A DNA stretch of 47,852 nucleotides from Candidatus Babelota bacterium. Lineage in GTDB: Bacteria > Babelota > Babeliae > Babelales > Vermiphilaceae. The stretch lies in NCBI GenBank assembly GCA_049325595.1, contig JBMOLF010000021.1:1-47852 (forward strand). Reading direction: 5' to 3'. Below the pieces are notes generated by a model. That model did no database searches, was not told the DNA's origin, and saw nothing but the letters and a program-made list of their open reading frames with translations. Positions 39,783 through 47,852 of the stretch are shown in pieces; within the stretch, counting starts at the first letter, position 1, and the number at the start of each line of letters is the position of its first letter. A program made the translations under genes and the position numbers.

Positions 39783-40380
39783 TCACACTCTCTTTGGTAA
39801 TTTGCTTCATTGTTCTACCAGTTTTAGCTGACTTTGTTTGGTTTTTGACTGGATTTTTTGTAGCACTTGCAAACTCATCCCGCATTTTTATTAATAACCA
39901 GTAATCTTTATCGGAAAAATGAGTTTTAATAAGCGCAAAACCACCTTGTAATTTTTTGCCATGCAAAAAAAATTCTACTTGCCCATTTTCATAGCTTTTA
40001 TAAAGGGGAATTAATTTACCTTTTTCGCGCTTAATATTGTCAAAAGTGCCATAGTCCCAAACCATTACTGTGCCAGCGCCATAATTACCTTCGGGAATTA
40101 CGCCTTCAAATTGAGCGTATTCCATAGGATGATCGTCAGTGGGAGCAGCTAATCGTTTTATTTTAGGATCAAGCGAAGGTCCTTTAGGAACAGCCCATGA
40201 TTTTAAAACACCGTCTATTTCAAGACGCACATCATAATGTTCTCGTGTTGCATCATGCCGTTGTATTACAAATATAGGCTTTTTCTTCGTTCTTTTTTTT
40301 ACTGTTTTTCCAGCAGGTTCTCCTGATTTTTCTAGATTTCTGCGCGTGCGATATGTTTTTAATTGATCTTTTTTAGGCAT
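39769..40380 (-). CDS. Stand-alone LigD 3'-phosphoesterase (PE) domain
   Basis: FVIQRHDATREHYDVRLE, LKSWAVPKGPS, DHPMEY, YGAGTVMVWDYG; AAGGA RBS before ATG 40380 (alternative start 40443). Confidence 0.93.
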   Translation of the reverse strand: MPKKDQLKTYRTRRNLEKSGEPAGKTVKKRTKKKPIFVIQRHDATREHYDVRLEIDGVLKSWAVPKGPSLDPKIKRLAAPTDDHPMEYAQFEGVIPEGNYGAGTVMVWDYGTFDNIKREKGKLIPLYKSYENGQVEFFLHGKKLQGGFALIKTHFSDKDYWLLIKMRDEFASATKNPVKNQTKSAKTGRTMKQITKESVNDEN

Positions 40381-40497
40381 ACTACATCCTTGACTCTCAT
40401 TAACTACACAAAGCGCTAGAATAATATAAAGGTATATACTCATTCTCGGTCCTCAATGGTTACCATAGCCTAGTAAATCTCCAACAATCAAGACAAC

Positions 40498-41217
40498 TTA
40501 CCGACTTATTACCATTCCATCATAAGCTATTCGTGCTTTTACTCCTCGTTCTTTTGCAAGCTTATTAAGTTTTTTCCTTACCACGCGACCATCATGAGCA
40601 ACAATATGAGAACCACAATGAGTAAAAATTGCTTCCGGAACTTTTTCCTTTTTACACCATGTAAGCTGAGTGCTCATTGAAGCATGGCCAAATATAGTAT
40701 TATTTTTTTTTCTAATCATTGGTCTGACTAACGTTGCCCCATCACCTATATAAAGCACAATATTTTTAAAAGCCATTGCACGGTCAGGAATATAGGCAAC
40801 ATCATGAACACAAAAAATCGTTGTTTTACCTGCGGTTATGCGATAGCCTACAGCTGGGGCCTTAATTGAATGAACCACATTAAACGGCTCTATGGTAATT
40901 GCACCTATCGAAAAAGACTGCCGATGATGTATAACATGCCTGTTTTCAATGGGATAATCTTTTATAAGCTTCCAGGTTTGAGGTGTTGCATAAACCGGAC
41001 ATGGTGAACCATTTTTTAGTCCCCAGGCATGATCCGGGTGTCCATGGGTAATAATAATCGCAGTCGGATTAATATCCCATACTTTTTTTCCCCAATCAAT
41101 ACCACAATCAATCATTACCAGAGTATTGCGATAAGTAATCAGCGTAGAAGCATGGCGATAGTGTCTTTTAGTGCGTGCATCAATATATCCTCGAGTGCCT
41201 AAAAAGGTAATTTTCAT
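40498..41217 (-). CDS. MBL-fold metallo-hydrolase
   Basis: MKITFLGT, IDCG, THGHPDH (HxHxDH), VHS..VGY, GH and TH near the C-terminus. Confidence 0.9.
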   Translation of the reverse strand: MKITFLGTRGYIDARTKRHYRHASTLITYRNTLVMIDCGIDWGKKVWDINPTAIIITHGHPDHAWGLKNGSPCPVYATPQTWKLIKDYPIENRHVIHHRQSFSIGAITIEPFNVVHSIKAPAVGYRITAGKTTIFCVHDVAYIPDRAMAFKNIVLYIGDGATLVRPMIRKKNNTIFGHASMSTQLTWCKKEKVPEAIFTHCGSHIVAHDGRVVRKKLNKLAKERGVKARIAYDGMVISR

Positions 41218-41350
41218 TTAGTTGAACCCCTCTTTTTTCGATTCTAATAGAAAATTTATTGATTTTTGCTACAATAACTATATTCTGATTGGTAGAGCTT
41301 TTTACCTTTTATTGAAACGAATATTTTAAAATTAACTATAAGGCTATTTA

Positions 41351-41860
41351 ATGATTAAATTCAATTTTATTGCTTATGCAGCTTTAAGCTTCATTTCTTT
41401 ACCGTTAGTGGGTATGGAAGCAAATTCAGATGCAGGCAGTTTAGAAAAAAAACGAGTCGTTCGTTTTCAATCGGAATCCCAGATTCAATCTCCAAAATAT
41501 AATAGAAAAACTTCTGATCCAGAAAAACGAGGTTACACAAAAGAAGAAATCAAGGTAATGCAAATTGAGTTCAACAAATATAAGGCTAGTAGAGATGCTT
41601 TAAAAGCATTATCAAAAAAAGTAACGTTGTCCAAAGATGCAGAAAAAACAGTAATTGTCTCTGATGTTTTTAAAGCTGATGACAAAAGAATGAAAACTGT
41701 TTATAACCATCATAAAGGCAATATTACAAGTTTTTATGGTCATATAAATTTATCCACACCGAATGACAATCCTCTTCTTCCTAGCACACCACCTGTCATA
41801 CGCGCATTAATAAACAAGCATAATGCGCGCTATAAAATTAATAAGGAAAAGAAAAACTAA
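41351..41860 (+). CDS. Secreted hypothetical protein
   Basis: Signal ...FISLPLVG|MEA; basic hydrophilic body. Confidence 0.75.
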   Translation: MIKFNFIAYAALSFISLPLVGMEANSDAGSLEKKRVVRFQSESQIQSPKYNRKTSDPEKRGYTKEEIKVMQIEFNKYKASRDALKALSKKVTLSKDAEKTVIVSDVFKADDKRMKTVYNHHKGNITSFYGHINLSTPNDNPLLPSTPPVIRALINKHNARYKINKEKKN

Positions 41861-41935
41861 AATCAGATTTTTGTCCGCGTTAAAGACGTGTATACTAAAT
41901 AGTAAATAACAAACTTTCTGTGGTGGATGCACAAT

Positions 41936-42877
41936 ATGTACAAAATTTTGCTTTTTTATAAATATATTGATCTTGATAAACCTCACTACTTTGCTGATTG
42001 GCAAAGAGAGCTCTGCACGCGTCTTAATTTAAAGGGGCGCATTATTTTAGCAGAAGAAGGCATTAATGGTACCGTTGGTGGACACCCAGAGCAGATTGAA
42101 GAATATAAACGAATCATGCTTGCGCATGAGTTGTTTTGCGATGTAGATTTTAAAGAAGCAATGAGCCAAGGCGATCCTTTTCCGCGTCTTCGTATTGTCG
42201 TAAAAAATGAAATAGTTCATTTAGGTCTTGACCCAAAAGTTATCACTGCCGCCAATGCAGGTAAATACCTTACCCCTGAAGAGGCCCACGCTTTGGTAGA
42301 TCAAAAACCTGAAGATTTAATAATTATCGATTGCCGCAATAAAGCAGAAACTGATGTTGGTACTTTTGTTGGATCAATACGACCGAATACTAATTACTTT
42401 CGTGAATTTCCCGAATATGTGGATAACAACTTAGATTTATTAAAAGATAAACAAGTACTCATGTACTGCACAGGCGGCGTTAGATGCGAACGAGCATCTG
42501 CCTATATAAAATCTAAAAATATTGCCAAAGAAGTTTACCATATTAAGGGAGGCATAGATCGCTATGTTGAAAAATTTCCCGATGGTCATTTTAGAGGTAA
42601 AAACTATGTTTTTGATGGCCGCATTACCGTACGTGTTAATAACGACATCTTAGGGTCATGCTATCTTTGCAATAAGCCCTATGATGAGTATGAAAATTGT
42701 ATGAATGCCTCGTGCAATAAGCATTTTATTGCCTGTCCTGATTGCGTTAAACAATATGAAAGCACCTGCAGCACAACGTGCAAAGAGCTTGTTTTTCAGA
42801 AAAAAGTACCTATTAGACCTGTTCGCATGAAAACTGAGCATATTCCTCTTAAAGAATTAAAAAACGATCATAATTAA
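41936..42877 (+). CDS. trhO: Rhodanese-domain tRNA U34 hydroxylase TrhO/YceA family
   Basis: GRIILAEEGINGT, IDCRN, YCTGGVRCE, GGI..Y, GKNYVFD, Cys-rich C-terminus. Confidence 0.88.
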   Translation: MYKILLFYKYIDLDKPHYFADWQRELCTRLNLKGRIILAEEGINGTVGGHPEQIEEYKRIMLAHELFCDVDFKEAMSQGDPFPRLRIVVKNEIVHLGLDPKVITAANAGKYLTPEEAHALVDQKPEDLIIIDCRNKAETDVGTFVGSIRPNTNYFREFPEYVDNNLDLLKDKQVLMYCTGGVRCERASAYIKSKNIAKEVYHIKGGIDRYVEKFPDGHFRGKNYVFDGRITVRVNNDILGSCYLCNKPYDEYENCMNASCNKHFIACPDCVKQYESTCSTTCKELVFQKKVPIRPVRMKTEHIPLKELKNDHN

Positions 42878-42891
42878 GACGTGAGAATTTG

Positions 42892-43860
42892 ATGGAAGCC
42901 CTTATCAAGCATAATGTTCCCCTTCGTGATAAAAATTGGTTTCAAACCGGGGGCAATGCGGCATTTTTTGCCGAGCCTAAAAATGCATCGGAATTTGCCA
43001 CCGCTATTCAATTTATGCATGAACATAATCTGCCAGTTTTTATTCTGGGTCAGGGAGCAAATATCTTAATTAATGATAAGGGATTTAAGGGTATAGTAAT
43101 TCGGCCAGCTCTTAACGCTATTTCAATTACTGAACAACCGGATAAACTATTGCTATTGGTAACTGCCGGAGCAGGCGTTGGCATGCCTGATCTTATTAAC
43201 CATTGTCTTAATAATAATATTAAAGGACTTGAAGAATTTAGCGGTATTCCAGGAACCGTAGGCGGATCGGTTTACATTAATCTTCATTACTATGAATTTT
43301 TACTCGAACATTTTTTGGTAAGCGCAACAGTAATTGAGCATGAAACAGGCGCTATACAAACGGTTGATCGTAATTGGTTCAATTTTGGCTATAATCAATC
43401 TAAACTACAACAAAGAAAACATTATCTAGTTGATGCAACTTTTGCCTTACAAAAAGGTACTCCTCTAGAAATAGCCTATGCGCGAGGTCGTCAAACAGAA
43501 ATAATTCGTCACCGCGCTAAACGATATCCAACCCAACGAACGTGTGGTAGTTTTTTTAGAAATTTTGCAGAACATGAAGTTACGCTGACCAGCGCAGATA
43601 AAAAAATGATCTATATTGCCTATTATTTAGATAAAATTGGCATTAAAGGCCAATTGCGCATTGGTGATGCACTTGTTTCACACCAACATGCCAATATGAT
43701 TGTGAATGTAGGCTCAGCAACTTCGCATGATATTATTCTCCTGGCACGAGAAATGCAAAAGTTAGTCTATCGCCAATTTGGCATTATACCCCAGCCTGAA
43801 TGCCAATTATTGGGCTATGATGAATATCCACTTTATACAGAAAAAACAATAAATGAATGA
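42892..43860 (+). CDS. murB: UDP-N-acetylmuramate dehydrogenase
   Basis: GG.A, LGQGANIL, GLEEFSGIPGTVGG, GSFFRN, HANMIVN. Confidence 0.93.
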   Translation: MEALIKHNVPLRDKNWFQTGGNAAFFAEPKNASEFATAIQFMHEHNLPVFILGQGANILINDKGFKGIVIRPALNAISITEQPDKLLLLVTAGAGVGMPDLINHCLNNNIKGLEEFSGIPGTVGGSVYINLHYYEFLLEHFLVSATVIEHETGAIQTVDRNWFNFGYNQSKLQQRKHYLVDATFALQKGTPLEIAYARGRQTEIIRHRAKRYPTQRTCGSFFRNFAEHEVTLTSADKKMIYIAYYLDKIGIKGQLRIGDALVSHQHANMIVNVGSATSHDIILLAREMQKLVYRQFGIIPQPECQLLGYDEYPLYTEKTINE

Positions 43861-44527
43861 GCTGTATTTTATTCTTCACTCGTGCATATTAGCCTTAGCC
43901 TCTTTAGGGGCATTAAAACTTGGCAAAGAGGCTCTAATTACCTTTATTGCTATACAAACCGTTTTAGCAAATTTATTTGTTACTAAACAAATTATATTGT
44001 GCGGGCTCAATGCAACCGCTGCCGACCCATTTATTATTGGATCGGCCTTAAGTTTAAATCTTTTACAGGAATATTTTGGTAAACCATCGGCATTACGAGC
44101 AATCGTAATTACTTTTTTTGTACTAGCCTGTTTTGGGGTTTTTTCCTATCTTCATTTGTTGTACTATCCTTCATGTTATGATACTTCTCAAACTCATTTT
44201 GAAGCCTTGCTTGGGATAACACCGCGATTAGTAGTTGCCTCATTTGCCGTGTATCTAATAGTCTCTTACCTTGACACACGACTCTATGCTCTCTTGAAAA
44301 AAAGGTTATTCTCTATTCCGGCAGCATTTCGAAATGGATTTTGTGTAGCAATTACCCAAGCTGTTGATACCATTCTTTTTACCCTTATTGGGCTCTCAGG
44401 TATTTTAAGCTCTTTAATTGAGCTTATGATCGTTAGTTATGGAGTAAAAATTCTCTGTATTGCCATCGCCTTACCTTTTATAAGCCTTGCTAAAAAAATT
44501 GTTCCACTACCAACTACAGCTCAATAA
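43853..44527 (+). CDS. yhhQ: Queuosine precursor transporter (YhhQ/VUT family)
   Basis: ANLFVTK, E.FG, RLVVAS, RN...ITQAVDT; about six TM segments. Confidence 0.85.
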   Translation: MNELYFILHSCILALASLGALKLGKEALITFIAIQTVLANLFVTKQIILCGLNATAADPFIIGSALSLNLLQEYFGKPSALRAIVITFFVLACFGVFSYLHLLYYPSCYDTSQTHFEALLGITPRLVVASFAVYLIVSYLDTRLYALLKKRLFSIPAAFRNGFCVAITQAVDTILFTLIGLSGILSSLIELMIVSYGVKILCIAIALPFISLAKKIVPLPTTAQ

Positions 44528-44529
44528 AG

Positions 44530-44557
44530 TTGTTCATGATCATGAGTTTGTTATACT
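44530..44557 (+). promoter_or_regulatory. Putative promoter of glyA
   Basis: TTGTTC-16 bp-TATACT with an extended -10 TG. Confidence 0.5.
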
Positions 44558-44581
44558 AAAAATAAACCCTGAGGAATTTTC

Positions 44582-45868
44582 ATGAATTTTTTAAAAAATA
44601 CCGATCCAATAATCTCTTCACTCTTAAAACAAGAAGAACAACGTCAGGAATCAGAACTTAATTTAATAGCATCAGAAAATTATACTTGGCCTGAAGTGCG
44701 CGAGGCCAATGCAGGTGTACTTACCAATAAATATGCCGAAGGCTATCCTGGCAAGCGCTATTATGGCGGCTGTACCTTTGTAGACCAGGTTGAGACTATC
44801 GCCATTGAGCGAGCTAAACAGTTATTTGATGTTGACCATGCAAATGTGCAACCACATGCCGGTTCACAGGCTAATATGGCTGTCTATTTTGCTGCATTGC
44901 AACCTGGCGATACAATTATGGGATTAAGTCTTGCTCATGGCGGGCATTTAACCCACGGCCATTCGGTGAATTTTTCAGGTACCCAGTACCGCTCAATTGC
45001 TTATGGCGTTGATAAAGAAACTGAATGTGTTAATTATGATCATCTTGAGCAAATGGTAGCAGAGCATAAACCTAAACTTCTTATTGCCGGTGCGTCTGCT
45101 TATTCTCGCACCATCGATTTTGAACGATTGGGCGCAATAGCCAAAGCCCATGGAGCATATTTAATGGCCGATATTGCACACATTGCTGGTTTGGTTGCTG
45201 CTCACTTACACCCTACTCCTGCTCCTTATGCAGATTTCATTACAAGTACCACTCATAAAACATTGCGTGGGCCTCGTGGTGGCTTAATTTTATGCAAGCA
45301 AGAACATGCTGAAAAAATTGATCGTGCCATTATGCCTGGCACGCAGGGCGGACCGTTTATGCACACAATTGCCGCTAAAGCAGTAGCATTTGGTAAAGCC
45401 CTCACCCAAGAGTTTGCTGATTATCAAAGACAAATATTATCTAATGCGCAATCATTGGTACAATCTTTTAAAGATCGTGGATATCGCATTGTAGCTGGCG
45501 GTACTGATAATCATTTATTTGTTCTTGATTTACGATCCAAAGGTATTACCGGCCGAGCTGCTGAAGTTGCACTAGAAAAAGCCGGTATTGCAGTAAGCAG
45601 AAGTTGCATTCCATTTGATCCAGAAAAACCATGGATTACCAGCGGAATTCGCTTAGGAACACCAGCAATTACCGCTCGTGGCATGAGCTTATTGCAAATG
45701 AACCATATTGCCCAGTTAATAGACGAAGCAATAATGCATGCAAGCGATGACAAAAAACTGCAGATTATACAAGCTGAAGTTGAAAAACTATGTAGCGACT
45801 TTCCTATTTATAAAGACACAGCTTATTTGTTACCTGAAAACAATACCGTATCCTTTACCTCACTATGA
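44582..45868 (+). CDS. glyA: Serine hydroxymethyltransferase
   Basis: LIASEN, NKYAEGYPGKRYYGG, GGHLTHG, TTHKTLRGPRGG. Confidence 0.98.
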   Translation: MNFLKNTDPIISSLLKQEEQRQESELNLIASENYTWPEVREANAGVLTNKYAEGYPGKRYYGGCTFVDQVETIAIERAKQLFDVDHANVQPHAGSQANMAVYFAALQPGDTIMGLSLAHGGHLTHGHSVNFSGTQYRSIAYGVDKETECVNYDHLEQMVAEHKPKLLIAGASAYSRTIDFERLGAIAKAHGAYLMADIAHIAGLVAAHLHPTPAPYADFITSTTHKTLRGPRGGLILCKQEHAEKIDRAIMPGTQGGPFMHTIAAKAVAFGKALTQEFADYQRQILSNAQSLVQSFKDRGYRIVAGGTDNHLFVLDLRSKGITGRAAEVALEKAGIAVSRSCIPFDPEKPWITSGIRLGTPAITARGMSLLQMNHIAQLIDEAIMHASDDKKLQIIQAEVEKLCSDFPIYKDTAYLLPENNTVSFTSL

Positions 45869-47748
45869 TTATTGCTCAATCGCTTAAACTTTCATTTGGC
45901 ACACAAGAAATTTTTGATCAAATTTCGTTTACTATCCAACCAGATCAGACAATCGGTCTGGTTGGAAGAAATGGTTCAGGTAAATCAACCTTGCTTAAAG
46001 TTATTGCCGGATTACAACCATTGAACGATGGCTCGCTCTCGATTCAAAAAAATAAAAAAATTGCTTACATGCCTCAAGATGTCGTGCTTAATTCATCGCT
46101 ATCTATTTTAGAGGAAACTCTTTCTGCCTTTGAACAACTCCATGCCTATAAACAGGAATCTATTATTCTTGAAGAACAGATATCATTAGAACATTGTCCA
46201 CCTGAAGTAATAGAACGATACGGTATTGTTCAACAAGAAATAGCCGATCTTAATCCTGCTCTTTGTGAAGTTGAAACAAAAAAAATGTTGCGCGGCCTTG
46301 GATTTGGCGATCAGCAGTTTGATCAACCAGTATCGCAATTAAGTACTGGTTGGAAAATGCGTATTATCCTTGCCAAATTATTGTTAGCAAAAGCAGATTT
46401 TTATTTATTTGATGAACCAACTAACCATCTTGATTTACCTACTAAAGATTGGTTCATGCAATTTTTAAAAGAATCTTCTTTTGGTTTTTTACTCGTATGC
46501 CATGAGCGCTATTTTTTAGATGCTGTTTGCAACCAAATTCTTGAGCTTGAACATCACAAAGCAACACGCTATACCGGTAATTATTCATCTTATGAGCAGC
46601 AAAAAGAACACAATCAAGAATTACTACAGCGATCGTACGAACACCAACAAAAAGAAATTAAGCGCAAACAAGAAATTATCGATAAGTTTCGAGCAGGAAC
46701 AAGAGCCAAAGCTGCTCAAAGTATGATGAAAGCTCTTGATAAAATTGAGCGCATTACCCTACCACCAGCACCTAAAGATATCGCTGTTAATTTTCCACCC
46801 CTTCCACCCTGCAGCAAACAAGTAGTTACCGTAAAAAATCTTGCTTATGGCTTTGATAATAAAAAATTATTTTCCCACGTTAATTTTGATATAGAACGAG
46901 GCGAGAAAGTTGCTATTGTTGCACCCAATGGTGCGGGTAAAACAACCCTTTTTAATGTTTTAGTGGGAAAATATACACAAGAAATAGGAACTGTTACTTT
47001 TGGTAACAATGTAAAATTTGCATTGTTTGACCAAGACCAACAAGCAGTTTTAAAGCTCGATGCTTCTATTTTTGAAAATATATCAAATAGTTGCCCTACC
47101 ATACCTGATCAAACAATTCGTAATTTTTTAGGCGCTTTTTTATTTAGTAGTGATGAAATTCAAAAAAAAGTAGGCGTACTAAGTGGTGGTGAAAAAAACC
47201 GTGTTGGCATGGTACGGGTGTTGCTTCAAAACGCAAATGTTTTATTTTTAGATGAGCCAACTAACCATCTTGATATTGCATCTAAGGAACTATTATTAAA
47301 AGCTTTGAAAAACTATCAAGGGACAATAGTTTTTGTATCTCACGATCGATCATTCGTTAATGGCTTGGCTACACGTATTTTAGAGCTTTCTAATCAAACT
47401 ATTATCAGCTATCACGGCCACTATGATGATTACCTGAATCACAAGAATTATGTCGAAAGTTTAAAAACTACTGTGGTATCTGAATCTAAGAATGCCGCTA
47501 TTTCTAATCAAAAAAATATAACACCTCAAGAAAGTGTTAATTCATATGAGCTAAAAAAGAAACTAAAAACTATTGAGCGTTCTATTGAAAAAACTGAGCA
47601 TGAATTAGCAAAAATACAAACAAGTTTTGCGAACCTTGTTTACGGAACTCCGGAATATACGGTGGCTCATGAAAAATTAATGCAACTTAACAAACAATAT
47701 GATGATTTAATGAATCAATGGGAACTAGGTTCTGTGAACGAAATTTAA
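45865..47748 (+). CDS. ABC-F family ATPase
   Basis: Two ABC domains (GRNGSGKS, APNGAGKT; DEPTNHLD twice), no TM segments, C-terminal coiled coil. Confidence 0.94.
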   Translation: MIIAQSLKLSFGTQEIFDQISFTIQPDQTIGLVGRNGSGKSTLLKVIAGLQPLNDGSLSIQKNKKIAYMPQDVVLNSSLSILEETLSAFEQLHAYKQESIILEEQISLEHCPPEVIERYGIVQQEIADLNPALCEVETKKMLRGLGFGDQQFDQPVSQLSTGWKMRIILAKLLLAKADFYLFDEPTNHLDLPTKDWFMQFLKESSFGFLLVCHERYFLDAVCNQILELEHHKATRYTGNYSSYEQQKEHNQELLQRSYEHQQKEIKRKQEIIDKFRAGTRAKAAQSMMKALDKIERITLPPAPKDIAVNFPPLPPCSKQVVTVKNLAYGFDNKKLFSHVNFDIERGEKVAIVAPNGAGKTTLFNVLVGKYTQEIGTVTFGNNVKFALFDQDQQAVLKLDASIFENISNSCPTIPDQTIRNFLGAFLFSSDEIQKKVGVLSGGEKNRVGMVRVLLQNANVLFLDEPTNHLDIASKELLLKALKNYQGTIVFVSHDRSFVNGLATRILELSNQTIISYHGHYDDYLNHKNYVESLKTTVVSESKNAAISNQKNITPQESVNSYELKKKLKTIERSIEKTEHELAKIQTSFANLVYGTPEYTVAHEKLMQLNKQYDDLMNQWELGSVNEI

Positions 47749-47768
47749 AAAAGTTATAAAAAAAAGTA

Positions 47769-47811
47769 AGCTTCCTTCTAATCACAATCAAAAAAAAGCA
47801 AGAAGGAAGCT
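47769..47811. terminator. Putative terminator hairpin
   Basis: AGCTTCCTTCT / AGAAGGAAGCT 11-bp inverted repeat, 21-nt loop, A-tract on the left. Confidence 0.55.
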
Positions 47812-47852
47812 GTAATGCATTACTTAATTAAAGATACAGAATTTGAAGAAAT

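Noticed and set aside
46339..46353. LSTGW instead of LSGG in the first ABC-F domain
   Set aside because: A single substitution with Walker A/B intact; not enough to claim altered function.
3312..47102. Short antisense or off-frame ORFs in the track (e.g. 3312, 3626, 3968, 6289, 6760, 10450, 12605, 15867, 16883, 31780, 32851, 45511, 46845)
   Set aside because: They lie within well-supported genes and show no motifs; treated as shadow ORFs.
1..47852. tRNA, rRNA, prophage or IS elements
   Set aside because: No cloverleaf, rRNA-like stretch, phage structural gene or transposase was recognised by eye; a tRNAscan or Rfam run would be needed to exclude small RNAs.

Overview
AT-rich bacterial chromosomal segment, most likely from a protist-infecting intracellular bacterium of Candidatus Dependentiae/Babelota (TM6). 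That assignment is an inference from the many signal-peptide orphans, the ankyrin/LRR/F-box-like proteins, and a Chlamydia-type tgt with yhhQ. Housekeeping genes (tgt, TrmH-type methylase, cfa, efp, nusB, mraY, mnmG, lgt-dnaG-rpoD-CNNM, HIT, trhO-murB-yhhQ-glyA-ABC-F) alternate with islands of predicted secreted proteins at 1-2026, 10269-14053, 18011-23410, 25814-27620 and 33625-38870. No tRNA, rRNA, CRISPR array, transposase or integrase was seen. Main leads: (i) a secreted protein resembling eukaryotic mitochondrial outer-membrane Nca2/DGS1; (ii) a shared mature N-terminus (Met-[E/D/Q] or Ser-Glu) right after the signal peptide of many unrelated putative effectors; (iii) a tandem array of diverged secreted paralogues spaced by a GCCGGAAGT..ACTTCCGGC hairpin plus RBS module, with a 51-bp duplication in which the hairpin loop is inverted; (iv) a split LigD (PE + Pol) unit with an MBL-fold hydrolase and no Ku or ligase nearby; (v) queuine-salvage signatures, a homopolymer frameshift and recurrent 16-bp-spacer promoters. 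All family assignments are motif recognition by eye; no searches were run.
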